From contig CM059432.1 of the NCBI GenBank assembly GCA_030390025.1, positions 78,060,001-78,124,000 of the forward strand: 64,000 nucleotides of DNA, read 5' to 3'. Shown piece after piece: positions 25,306 through 37,267 of this stretch. Source of the stretch: Squalus acanthias (lineage: Eukaryota). The position numbers and the translations under genes are program-made. Below the pieces are notes generated by a model, which was not told where the DNA came from, made no database searches, and worked only from the letters and a program-made list of their open reading frames with translations. Position 1 is the stretch's first letter, and the number at the start of each line of letters is the position of its first letter.

Positions 25306-28039
25306 CATTTTCAGTGCTTTGCTTCAAAAATACAACTTTATCTCTGAATATTAAACAGGTGCACTTCCAAATGTACTTCCTGGTTTTCAGCATTGAGTTT
25401 CTTCAAGGTGTGAACTGCTAGTTTCTGAGTTAACGTGAAGTACTATTATTTTTACCTTTATTGCTTTTAGTTTGATGCATTGTTAATTTTTGGATTTGGA
25501 AGTGCAATTTCTTTTTCACTTTCTACCACTCAAGGGAAATTCACCGTTAATTGAAGCAGCCTCCATTGCTATTGTAATGGCACTTTTCTAGATTTCCTCT
25601 TGCCTTCAGGGAGCTTGAGGATGAGAAGTTACACTGAAATAAGCAGTGAGAGGTCTGCCTGTACCTGAGGTGGGGTGCATAACTCACTGTTGCCCAATGA
25701 TGTTGGTCCACAGATCCTGCTAGAGTTACTTGGGCATGTCAGAAGAGATGCGCCTTTGCCATCTACACTTCACCAGGAAAGCTTATCTCCAGATCTTATT
25801 GTACAAGCAGAAAAGTAGTCTTGAGATGCTGGAAAGTGAAGGAGTACGTGCACATGGACACAGCCTGTACCCCAACTGGGAGTCAGGTTTGTTTACAATG
25901 ATTTGAGATGTGATGCCCTTGGAAATGTGAGTGTGACTGGTGCTCTGCACAACCAAACAAGTACAATTGGACCAGTAAACAGGATCCCAACACTGACACC
26001 TCCAAATTATTATCTGGGATTGGCCTGAGAGGCCAATATTTGGGCTTTGCTATGGAGTTCCAACAGTGTGTAGAGATCTGAAATGGAGACTCTCTACAAA
26101 GAAGGGAAAGTAGGAAAAAAAGAAATATCCCCAAGGTACCTGACAATGGAGGCTTCCATGTGGTGGAAAAACAAATGGAAAACTTCCTCCCCCCCCCCCC
26201 CAAGTACGAGTTTTTTTGTGATATTATTTTCAGAGCATCTACATTTAAGGGATGTTTCCATGATCCCAGTAAAAAAAGAGCCAGGATTGGTATCTCACAC
26301 ATGGGGAGTATAGAGCTAACCTCACTGGATTCACTGAGGTTATCTCATTATAATAAGCAGCTGGAGGAGGGTAGCCATATTTGGGGCTGAGGGGAACCCT
26401 GTGGCACGAGCTAATGTATAGTATTGGAGGTGGTGGACAGTGGATTGCTGTCTCCCACATCCATAGGCTATGGGAACAGATGAGAAACAAATTCTTGGGC
26501 CTGGGGAAGGGCCAAGGTAAGGTTACCCACAGTTTGGCAACTGAAACTAAGTCTATGCGCATAGTTTGCATGCCACAAGCACTGTGCCCCAAATGTGGAG
26601 CAGCGTCAGTGAAGGAAAATTGGAAGAAATGGGATAACTCCTCACATCTTGCACACCAATACTTCCATGTCCATAATACTTCAGCTTGAACTTTGTGGCT
26701 GGAACAGAGAAAGGCTTCTAATGTAACACTTGACCATTGCATGTTGTACTACCAAGTCAAAATGCCACCTGAAACTATTTGTATGCAATTTAGTCATCCA
26801 TTCACACAAGATGGGATGTTGATTTAGCACTGAAATAGCATTTAATGTTATTTTCTGCTGCTGAAACCCCAGAGATCAAATTGGACTGTTGGCAGCCCTG
26901 CCAATCTCTAAATTTTGAATCCACACAAGAAGTCGATCCTTCAGTTCATGGGAGTTGAGGCAATAGAGGGTCTGTGCTAGGGATAGATTGTGGCAAGTGC
27001 TCTACATGTCTTCTTGTTGCTTCCCTTTTAAATTCACTCACTCAGTAGCACACAGGCATAACCTCCGAGCACCTGCATGGCCCTTGAGGGATAATACCAG
27101 AATCCCGTGCCCCCATGGGAAGTGCACTCACAGGGATTGTGCTTCAGAGAATTGGGGCTACATTGTTGTCACGCTATCTCCAAGCGTGACATTCCCACTT
27201 GGAGCACATGATTACAGAATCGCCCTTCAATGTATTGGCATTTGTATTTTGTACAGAACCATTTCATACATTCACCACGCTAACGTATGTTCCTTTTCTC
27301 TTTGTGTAGGGGCTACCCAAGATGAATTATATACAACCCCAGAACAGGAAGCTTGGGCCATTTCACGAGCATCGGTCCCAAACTCTTGATTACACAGGCA
27401 CCAGCTCAGATACATCCACCTTGGGAATCAGAAAGAGAGCGTCTTATTGAGCACAAGGAGGAGCAAGCTGAAGTGGCATTGATGAGCAGGAACAAGGAGA
27501 ATGGAGGGCCAGATGTTCGTCCAATGCACTGCCTATGGATTCTGGGTTACCTGTAGAAGGCAGCTGATTAATGAGAAGAAGTATTTAATGCAGTCCTTTG
27601 AGAATGTTGGAGACTGGAGAAGTGCTGCTCCAGCAACTGTGTAGTAATTTGAGAGGGAGGGGATTGGGAAGCCTGCAGCACACCCTGGACTGATTAGTAA
27701 CTCAGTGAACATTTACAGGGGAAACCTCAAAAACACACCTCCAAATCAGATACAGTTTATCTCACAAACGCTGTCACGGCAACTAATGAGACCTTAGGCC
27801 TCACTACAGGAAACTCTCATTTCTGGCTTGGAAACACTAGGGGATCTGCTTGAGAGAACCTTGGTGGCAGGCTTCACACTCCTAAGTGATGGCCAAGGGT
27901 CTATTGCTGCACAGATTTCTGATCCTCAAGGGAAACTGAACTACTGGGGCAGAGGCATGGCAGGAGGAGGCATGGATGAGATAAGTGGCCCTATTCACCC
28001 AACCCAGTTAACAGTCTGAGGACTGATAAAGAAGTCCCC

Positions 28040-28269
28040 TCTAAGTCACACACCATCCTGACTTGGAAGTACATCACCGTTCCTTCATCGTCGCTGGGTC
28101 AAAATCCTGGAACTCCCTCCCTAACAGCACTGTGGGAGTACCTTCACCACACAGACTGCAGCGATTCAAGAAGGTGGCTCACCACCACCTTCTCAAGGGC
28201 AACTAGGGATGAGCAATAAAAGCTGGCCTTGCCAACGACACCCACATCCCATGAACGAATAAAAAAAAA
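28040..28269 (+). mobile_element. LINE 3' end, same family as 25025-25305
   Basis: Same SWNSLP/FKK coding end and gggatg..aataaa.ctggccttgcca..cccacatccc tail. Confidence 0.8.
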
Positions 28270-29575
28270 GTAGTCAGGAAGTATGGGGTCCAAAGTGCTG
28301 GTTGTAATTGCAGGGTCACCCTTGACTTTACAGAAAGAGGTACAGCACGACTGTGAACATGAAGGCCCCATTGTGGAGCAGCAAGCTGCCAACACACTTA
28401 TTACTTCTACTGAGGGAGCACAAGATTAAGTAGGAGATGCCTCAAATGTACAAATGCTCTCACCAAGGGCAATCACTGGGAAAACAAACAGTAAGAATGT
28501 AAATGCAAAACAGTGGTACAGAAATAAAGTGGTTACACCTTGTTTGAAATGCATTGAGGAGATTAATTTTCAGAAGGGACTTATTAATGCAGCAGGTAGT
28601 GGGTTATGGGCAGACATGATAGTAGAGGTAGTGTTAGTTAGGCAGAGCATGCTGTTCATAGAGGCAGTATATTATGATGAGGATGACCATAGGACTGCTC
28701 ATATAGGGCACATTTACAGAGTTAAGTAAAAGTTAATGATTGACACACCAGTATCCCTGGCTGCAAGTCACCATCAACCATTTTCTGTTCCTCCTCCTCC
28801 ACCCCCAAGTCTTCAGGCTGTTTCTTGCATGGTTTTCCCCCTCTATATTGCAAAATTCTGTAGTTTACAGCAGGTGCAGATTATTTTGGACACCTTGGGG
28901 ATGAATTTTTGCGGGAATTCTCCTCCTCATATACCTGTAACTTTGGCGAAAGAGTCGCAGAAACCCTGGAAAAGCAGAGTAAACGGCGTGCACGCTGTTT
29001 ATGACATTTTTCCAGGGCTTCCGTGGCTGCAACTGCAAATATCAGCAGCAAGTAATACACCAGAGATAATGCAGATGCAGCTAAGTGAAAAGCAAACAAA
29101 ACACGTCAAATCACAAATGTAATACTAAGCTGTCAATTACACCGTTAACAATCAAGCTTCTAAAGGCCAGAACAGCAACTCCCAGGTGCGTCCATTTTAT
29201 ATGGGCAAGCTACATTGGAAGATTGAACAGATGAAAAGATCACTATATTTGGCTTGAACCAATTTAAATATTGTTAACTACAATTAAGAGATATAACAAG
29301 GCTTATAAACAATCTGTGAGACCTCCAAAAAGTTATTAAAAAATTAGGCATTGAACTCTTTCTTTCTTTGAATATGATGCCTCGCGAATCGGGCACTTGG
29401 ACCCACTTGTCGGATTCTGCAAGGCTCATTCTTGTAAAGTGAGGGTATGCTCAAAGAGTTATTCATAATTGAATCACCCCATGAAAGTACTCCCCACCTT
29501 TGGATTCAATAAATGTGACTTAAAAAAATCAGTACCCATAACATTTGACAAATGGATTTGTCCCCATGTTATTTG

Positions 29576-30010
29576 TGTCAGCCTTGGCTCAGCAGTAGCA
29601 CTCTTGCCTCTGAGTCAGAAGATTGTGGGATCAAGCACCACTCCAGAGACTTGAGCACATAATCTAGGCGGATAGTTCTGTGCAGTACTGAGGGAGTGCT
29701 GCACTGTTGGAAGTGCTGTCTTTCAGATGAGACATTAAAACAAGGCCCTCTCTGTCCTCTCAGGTGAATGCAAAAGATTACATTCACAGAGCACTATTTG
29801 AAGGAGAGCAGGGAGGTTCTCCTGATGTCCTGGCCAACAGATTATCTAGTTATTCATCTCATTACTGTATGTGGGACCTTGCTCTGCACAAATTTTCTGC
29901 TATTTTTCCTTATATTACAACAGTGACTATAGTTCAAAATAACTTAATTAGCTGTGAAGTGCTTCAAGACATCCTGAGGTCACGAAAGGCATTATATAAA
30001 TGGTTATTTA
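29576..30010 (+). mobile_element. tRNA-derived DeuSINE (SacSINE1-like)
   Basis: A box tggctcagcagt and a B-box region, a Deu-like core (gatgagacattaaa...gtcctggccaa) and an L2-like tail. Confidence 0.8.
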
Positions 30011-32023
30011 TTTAATGATAAATCCTAATCATTCACTAGTTCGCAATGCATGAGAGAAATTAACTGGTATTGATTCACTCATTTATCACTGATTAGAATG
30101 TTACAGGCAAGCTTATTCTTTTAATAGTGGCAATTGGCTGAAATTAGTAGCACCAGAGAAAACTGGAATGAGGGGTGACATAAAAAAATGTCTGTGTCAT
30201 GATGAAAAAAGAACATGGGCTTTTTCCAGAGAGAAAGTTCAAATGGGAGCAAAGGTGTAGGAAATATATTACATTAGAATAAGCAATGGCTTGAGTCTGA
30301 GGTACTGCAATTTTAGAAACATTCGCCCTGAAATGACTCTGTTGTTCTAGCAGACTCCCGGTGTAACAACCCTAAACTCCACTGGAATCTAGATAGCCCA
30401 GGTATGTCCTTACCAGGCGGAGCCTCAGACTGCCCAAAATAAATTGTCACTGATGAGGAGGGGGTGGGACTGAGGATGAGGAATTTCTATGCTGGGTGTT
30501 CCCATTTCCTCGGCCTCAAAGGGATCTGGCATAAATTTAGAGGTCGGTATGCCGAGTGAGATGAAGTGCATTGTTCTCCTAAAGGGTACAAGTTAGTCCA
30601 GACCAGGGAAGTAACCTGGACCACCCAAGGCAAGTTTAACTTTTTAAAAATTAATCATAGTATAGTCCCCTTTACAAATAGGGGGGTGGGGGAAACCAGA
30701 TACACCCCCCTGGATGGCAGCTGATGTTGGATTTTCCAGTTTTTGTGGGCTGTTGGATGCCCTATATGCACCTCTAATGGAGCAGGTGCCCGCTGGCAAT
30801 ACTTATATAGGGTGATTTACCCCAATGGCAAAGGTCACTCACGGACATGATTCTGACATAACTGTTGGGATCGCATCCCCAAGCAATTTTCTATTCAAGT
30901 TTGTTTACAACTCAACATTATAAATGCATGATGTATATTATTTCAATATTTTCTATTGTTCTATCCTTTATTTTACTAGAAAACATTTATGGTATTTCCT
31001 CATATATAGAGTTTGTTTCTGAATACAATACATTTGAATACTGTTTGATGCCATGGAATGGAGGGACAGAGGTTTGAACTCTCCATTCCCTGGAGTTCCT
31101 GATTGCTGTATTGCTTTAATGAGGTGGAAGCAGAGGTCAGGCTTTGCCCAATGGGGGCAGGGAAGGGGGATGAGAATAAGGAGGTATTCGGAGGCAAAAT
31201 TGCAGCTGACTGTACACCTTCTAGTAGCTGGCTCAGAGTTGCACTGGCAGAGGCCTGATCACTATATTAACTACAGTCTGTGGATGGCCTGGGAAACCCA
31301 GAACTGGAAATAACGGGACTTTATGCCCTGAAAAACAAAATACAATAGGGTAAATTCACACTCCTACCATATAGGGTAGCACATATCTACAATTCTGGTA
31401 CAAAAGTCACAGACTCCACATGATTTACCATTCTTTTATTTATATTTCTTCTTCGGATGTGGGTGCCACTGGCAATGCTGGTTTTGTTGCCCATCCCTAG
31501 TTGCCCTGAGAAGTGCTGGTTATTATGGACAAAGCTCTGTGCTGGGAACACAAATTTGTAAAATTTACCACAGCAATTCTCTGGTACAATATAAAATTGC
31601 ACTCCGAGCTGGGTGTCCAGCAGTTATGAATCATATGAATGGATGGAAAATCGGGGAGTTTGTCTGCGATTTCCTAATATTCATAGGATATACGGCACAG
31701 AAACAGGCCATTCGGTCCAACCAGTCCATGCCGATCTCAGAGAGAGAGACTCTGGCTGCGATTTTATCAATGGAGATGGGTTGGGTGCGGGTTTGATGTT
31801 CGGCGGGTTCCGGTCCCGCCTCCGCTTTCAGCCGGCCAGAAACTGCGATTTTGCCTTAAGTGGCCTAATGAATGTCTCCCTGCGCGCTACCCGGCCCAAT
31901 TAGTGGTTTCGGGTCTGCTGCTCACCTCTGCTGACGTCTGTCAGCCAGCTGTATTTAAGGGGCCCATGCAGCATTGTTTCAATTTAATCCTTTCCTGCTG
32001 CTTCTTGTTTTGAAATTGTACCC

Positions 32024-33836
32024 ATGACTGCTGCAAGAGCTAAGGCCTCTCCCCGCTTTGATGACTCCCCCCTCCATGCTCTTGTGGAGGGAGTGAGAGG
32101 GCGCCAGGAGGTACTCTTCCCATCATCCGGACGGAGGAATACTCCTCAGCAAAGCAAAGCAGCCTGGCTGCAAATTGCTGAGGTGAACTCCAGATCTTTG
32201 TGCTCGCTCCTGAGTCCAGTGCAGAAAAAGGTTTAATGACCTGGTACACTCAGCAAAAGTGAGTATAACATCACACTTACCTTCAATCTGCTCTCCATCT
32301 CCTCTCATCACCAGCACTCTGCATTGTCAACCTACTCCTACACATCCCACTTTACCCTTACATCCCTTGCACCCTTAACCATCCCTCTCTCTCTCTATGT
32401 ACAGAATCACTTCACTATTCTACTATGCACCCCTCACACTCGCTATCACTGTTATGCAATGACAACAACCAACAACGCACAGGGAGGGCCCTTGTATTGG
32501 CATCTCACTCCATCTTTGTCTCCCTCTAAGCATCTATACTATGGATTCTCTACACTCATTCCAACATTCTCACTCAAACTCCACTTGTGTCCCTCATTGC
32601 AGGAAAAGAAAGCCCACAATAAGAGGGAGAGGGTCAGGACAGGAGGAGGGCCACCTTCCATTGCCCAGCTGACCACCGCTGAGGAGGCTGCTCTGGAGAC
32701 CATAGGAGGTGCTGAGGATCTGGAAGTGGACGACCGTCAGACAGGCGCAGTAGAGCAAGCTGGTGACAGAATAGATTTGTAGCCCTCTCAGTTACATTGC
32801 ACGAGTGACTGATATGGCATCTGATGCTCATACAGATTGAGTTATGATCATCTGCACAATTCAATTTTCATGCTACGTTAATATCACATGTCTAACTCAT
32901 GCCTTTACTCCCACAGGACCATCGAGACCATCCCCACTGTCCAGGTGGAAGAGCCGGAAGACTCCTCAGAGGAACTAAGCGCACCTCGGTGGGGCCTTCG
33001 CAAGATAGTATTGTCACCTGGTGTTTCACAGCTCACAAGTGAGCATCAGCAGACAGCAGTGGAAAGTCCTCGTTGGAGGTCGCAAGATGCTCCTAGCTCT
33101 GCTCAGCTGCATGTCGACCCTGTGCCTCTGGGGCCATCCAGAAAGAGAGCGGTGCTGGAACTCCAGGAACAAGTGCAGGAGTCTCTGGCAGGTTTTGCAT
33201 CCAGGGTAACTGCGAGTGTAGAGAGGATGGAGGAGTCCATCTCTAACTTGAGCAGTGCCTTTGGGGAGGCAATGGCGCATCAACGCACCACCACGGATAG
33301 GATGGCAACCTCCGTGGAAAGGATGGCTACGGTCATGGAGGAAATAAGTCGCCACAGTCAGGAAAACATGGTGAATGTTCAGAATAGAATGACATCTCTG
33401 GAGGAGCGATGGGCAGCTATTGAGCAGAGAGACCAGAGTTTCATGGACATCCTTTTGAGAAGGACTGTCAGTGCAGATACGGGTCCTCATGGCCCCCCTG
33501 ATGTGCAGCAAGGTGCTGTCCAGCCAGGCTGACCCATGGCAGGCAACAAGGAAGTGTGGGCTCCTCTCAAAGCGCTCACACTCGCCATTGCGGAACCCTC
33601 GGTCAGAGCCCCATCAGAGTCCTCACCCAACTGAGCTGGCCGTCCCAGCCCCTGCACAGCCGCAGGAGGAGCAGACTGTTGCCGAGCCCTCACAGGCTCG
33701 CAAACCCAGAGGACGCCCGCCAAAGGTGTCGAAGCAAGAGCAGCATGAAAGTGAGCAAGGTGCCTCCACATCTGCTGAAGCCACAAGGGAAGCACCACGT
33801 AGAAGCACATATAAGAGAAAGATTAAGCACCTATAG
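32024..33836 (+). pseudogene. Harbinger Myb/SANT-like DNA-binding gene, 3 exons (32024-32258, 32603-32762, 32917-33836), frameshifted
   Basis: Exon 1 reads PRFDDSPLHALVEGV..EVLFP..AWLQIAE..QCRKRFNDL, followed by donor gtgagt. Acceptor cattgcag precedes EKKAHNKRERVRTGGGP. Exon 3 has a coiled-coil region and an AT-hook-like RKPRGRPPK. AATAAA is at 33906. Confidence 0.88.
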
Positions 33837-34097
33837 TCACAAGGGTAGTCACTTGGGTGTTTTGATGTAATACATATTTAATATAATCAACGCCATTTCA
33901 ATTGCAATAAAGAAATGGGATGGCAAACATTCAATGAGTTGGCCTATGTGTGCCCAGAAATGGAAGTGTCACAGTGAGGTGCCAGGGCGCCTTTCATCTA
34001 TAATGATGTTGGTGAGAGTGATAGGAACCCACAGGTTCTTGTACATTGTGTATGGTGTGTTAAGAAGGTGGCAGCCACATGTGTTTGCTTCGTCAAC

Positions 34098-35264
34098 TTA
34101 AGCGAATCTGGCATAGATTAGTGCATCCCTTGCATCACAGGCAGCAATGTGCTCACGTGCTGCTGGAACTGGCGCATCTGCCTCCGCAAGGTCTTCCTCC
34201 TCCTCCTCATCTGAGCAGGCTATGCATGAGCCACTTGTTCCTCAGGCAGCGGTAAGCCACGCTGCTGTGCGATGTTGTGCAGTGCACAGCAAACCACGAT
34301 GATTCTGGAGACCCTGGCTGGTGAGTACTGTAGGGCTCCACCTGATCTGTCGAGGCATCTGAATCGCATTTTGAGCAAGCCAATGGTTTGCTCGATGATG
34401 GCTCTGGTGGAAATGTGGCTCGCATTGTAGCGCTTCTCAGCTTCGTTTGATGGCCTCCTCAACGGCGTCATTAGCCACGTCTTCAGGGGATAGCCCTTGT
34501 CTCCAAGTAGCCATCTGGAAAGCCGGGTTGGCGGATTGAAGAGCTGAGGCACACTAGACTGCCGCAGGATGAACAAGTCATGGCAACTGCCAGGGTACTT
34601 TGCGCAAACATGCATAATGTTCTTCCTGTGGTTACACACCAGCTGGACGTTAAGGGAGTGGAAGCCCTTGCGGTTGACAAATACATTTAGGTTGTGATGG
34701 GGTGCCCTAATGGCCACATGTGTGCAGTCTACGACGCGCTGCACCCTTAGCAAGCCTGCCATCTTTGATTCATCCGTGGAGAAGTGAATGTAATTGTGCC
34801 CCTTTGCAAAGACGCCATCGGTAACCTGCGTGATGCAAGTGTGTGCGGCCGACTGGGAGATGCTGCTGATTATCCCTGGAAGGACCCTGAAGCAAAAAAA
34901 TTGAGGGCGGTGGTGACTTTGACAGCCACTGGTAAGGGGTGTCCACCTGCTCCTCTGGGCTCCAGGTGTTGCTGCAGCATTGCGCAGATGTCAGCGACTA
35001 CCTCTCGCGAAAGTCTCAGCCTCCTTTGGCACTGCTGCTCAGTCATGTTGAGGAAGCTCATCCTCGGCCTGTAAACCCCGTGTTGGGGGTATCTCCTGCG
35101 GCGATGTGCAGCCCTGTGCTGACGCTCTCTGCCGCATCAGGTGGGTGAGGAGGAGGTTGGCTCTCCTGTTGTTGCTGCTGCTGTTTTGCCTGGTTCTTCT
35201 GCTGCTGCGGCTGCTCTTCCTCCGAATCTGAGGACCAGGATGACAGGGTATAAATGGTTCCCAT
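34098..35264 (-). pseudogene. Harbinger (HARBI1-like) DDE transposase, frameshifted
   Basis: ORFs 35058..35264, 34870..35061 and 34220..34762 contain [52 protein letters not shown] and CCALHN; the protein ends ..ARFA*. Confidence 0.93.
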
Positions 35265-36796
35265 GCTGCTGGTAGATATGTCAGTTGAGGAGTAGAAGTT
35301 ATACGCGCTCAGTCAATGTGGAGAGAGGGTTTTCCCAGGAGGTCACAGTGGATATGGATCTCAGTTTCACCAATTACAAGCTCAGTAGACCTGCAAAAAG
35401 TGTTTCAACACCTGAAAAAATGAAGTTCTGTCATCTGTAAGTCAGCCATGTTAGAGCTTCGTTTTTATGCTGGAGCTGCAGCTGTCAAGAAGTCAGGCAC
35501 TTGCTTAACCCGGCGCAATCAGCTGGCATGGTTTGCGAACGGCATGGAACATGCTGAAAACGTACAAAAATTGAAATACCCTGTTAAAAGCGGCTTATCC
35601 AAACAGTTAACAAGCTGTTAACTGCCTTAAGGGCCTCTCCCGCCGCTTGGTGGCAGGACCGATCGGGACTCCCAGAGCCGGCACTTGGTAAAGTAGCGTG
35701 GAGGTGGGTTGACGGTGGGGTCGCAATCCGCCGTCAATCAAAAAAATGTTAACCTCTGACCCACCTCCAAACCCGCCCTCTGAGTGCCGATAAAATCGCG
35801 GCCTCTGTGCCAGGAGTGCACATTCATAAAATGAATTTAGGAACCAACTTCAATAACACAAAATATCAATTTGGTGGTCCTAAAACACCAACCTTGACCT
35901 CTGCACTCTCTGAAAAAGTGCTGCACTGCAAGATTCAAGTGGGGGCAATAATATCTGTCTTATACCAGAAAAAGTATTTTTAACTTGCCAACTTTAATCT
36001 ATCAAATGGTATAAATACAAGACACCATTGGTGCAAATAATACAAAATCAGGCCCACAAATCTGATAGGCAAAGCTCAATGTAATACTGAAGTATGACAT
36101 TTGTGGAATTCACAGATTTCTAGTAATATTGAACACTGCTGAGAAATACTTTGTATCTGGCAGAAAGAATTACTGAATGTAATTCACCAAAACCAGTTCC
36201 TGATGGGGAAGTTACCGGACAAATCATCAAACCAATGAAAAAAAATCAATACAATCTTTTTTTTTCTGTTCATCATTCCCAGAAGCTCACAGATTTCCAC
36301 ATCTTTGTTATCTGTGACTGATCTGATAATTTTCATTATTGATCATTTTTATTGAATATTAAGAATAGAAAGTGCATTTAATAACTTATAATTGAACCAT
36401 TTTCACATGTTTAATTTAAATAATACAAAATATACAAGTGGAATTCAGTAGGACCCAGTAATTTAGAGTACTTTCTAAAGTTTTCAGCCTACATTCTTCA
36501 GTCTCAATTGATATTCAGACTCAGTCACCCTCAACCAAAGCAGAGATTCACTGACCTTTCCCCATTAGATGAGTCTTGGGCAGTTGGTAGATGTGGGCTG
36601 CTTCACTTCCTGGAGAGGAAAAGCTGATTTGGACGGTCAAGCCCTGTAGAAGAAAACTACCTGTCAGCTGACCATGGCACAGTATGGACTGCGTCTGTGG
36701 AGAAGTTAAGTCCATACATCTTGCCCTTCTGCAGACTGAAGGAAAGTGTAGCAATGGCAGGTAGAAGTGTGTGAGAGCATAACAATATAAGCATAG

Positions 36797-37267
36797 TGTC
36801 AGCTATGGCTCAGTGGGCAGCACTCTCACCTCTTAGTCAGAAGGTTGTGGGTTCATAGTCCCACTCCAGGGACTTGAGCACAAAAATCTAGGCTGACACT
36901 CCAGTGCAGTGCTGAGGTAGTGCTGCACTGTCAGAGGTGTCGTCTTTTGGATGAGACATTAAACCAAGACCCCGTCTGCTCTCTCAGGTGGACATGATAG
37001 ATCCCATGGCACTATTTCAAAGAAGAGCAGGGGAGTTATCCCCGGTGTCCTGGCCAATATTTATCCCTCAATCAACATAACAAAAACAGATTATCTGGTC
37101 ATCATCATATTGCTGTTTGTGGGAGCTTGCTGTGTGCAAATTGGCTGCCGCGTTTTCTACATTACAACAGTGACTACACGCCGAAAAATACTTAATTGAC
37201 TGTAAAGCGCTTTGAGACGTCCGGTGGTCGTGAAAGGCGCTATATAAATGCAAGTCTTTCTTTCTTT
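36797..37267 (+). mobile_element. Full-length tRNA-derived DeuSINE (SacSINE1-like)
   Basis: A box tggctcagtgg, B box gggttcatagtccc, Deu-like core, and L2-type tail ggcgctatataaatgcaag followed by (tctt)n. Confidence 0.88.

Larger units (their letters stand above)
31754..35803. mobile_element. Complete PIF/Harbinger transposon B (4050 bp), coding-defective
   Basis: 15-bp TIRs GGCTGCGATTTTATC / GATAAAATCGCGGCC (14/15 match), 3-bp TSD TCT on both sides, and convergent Myb/SANT (+) and nuclease (-) genes. Confidence 0.95.

Noticed and set aside
34098..35264. Host HARBI1 gene
   Set aside because: It lies between TIRs with a TSD, is frameshifted and has several paralogous relics nearby, so it is a transposon copy.
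36569..36760. Candidate plus-strand exon
   Set aside because: Stops occur in all three frames and no product is recognisable.
36797..36880. tRNA gene
   Set aside because: The A and B boxes continue into a SINE body and tail found in several copies, and no complete cloverleaf is evident.
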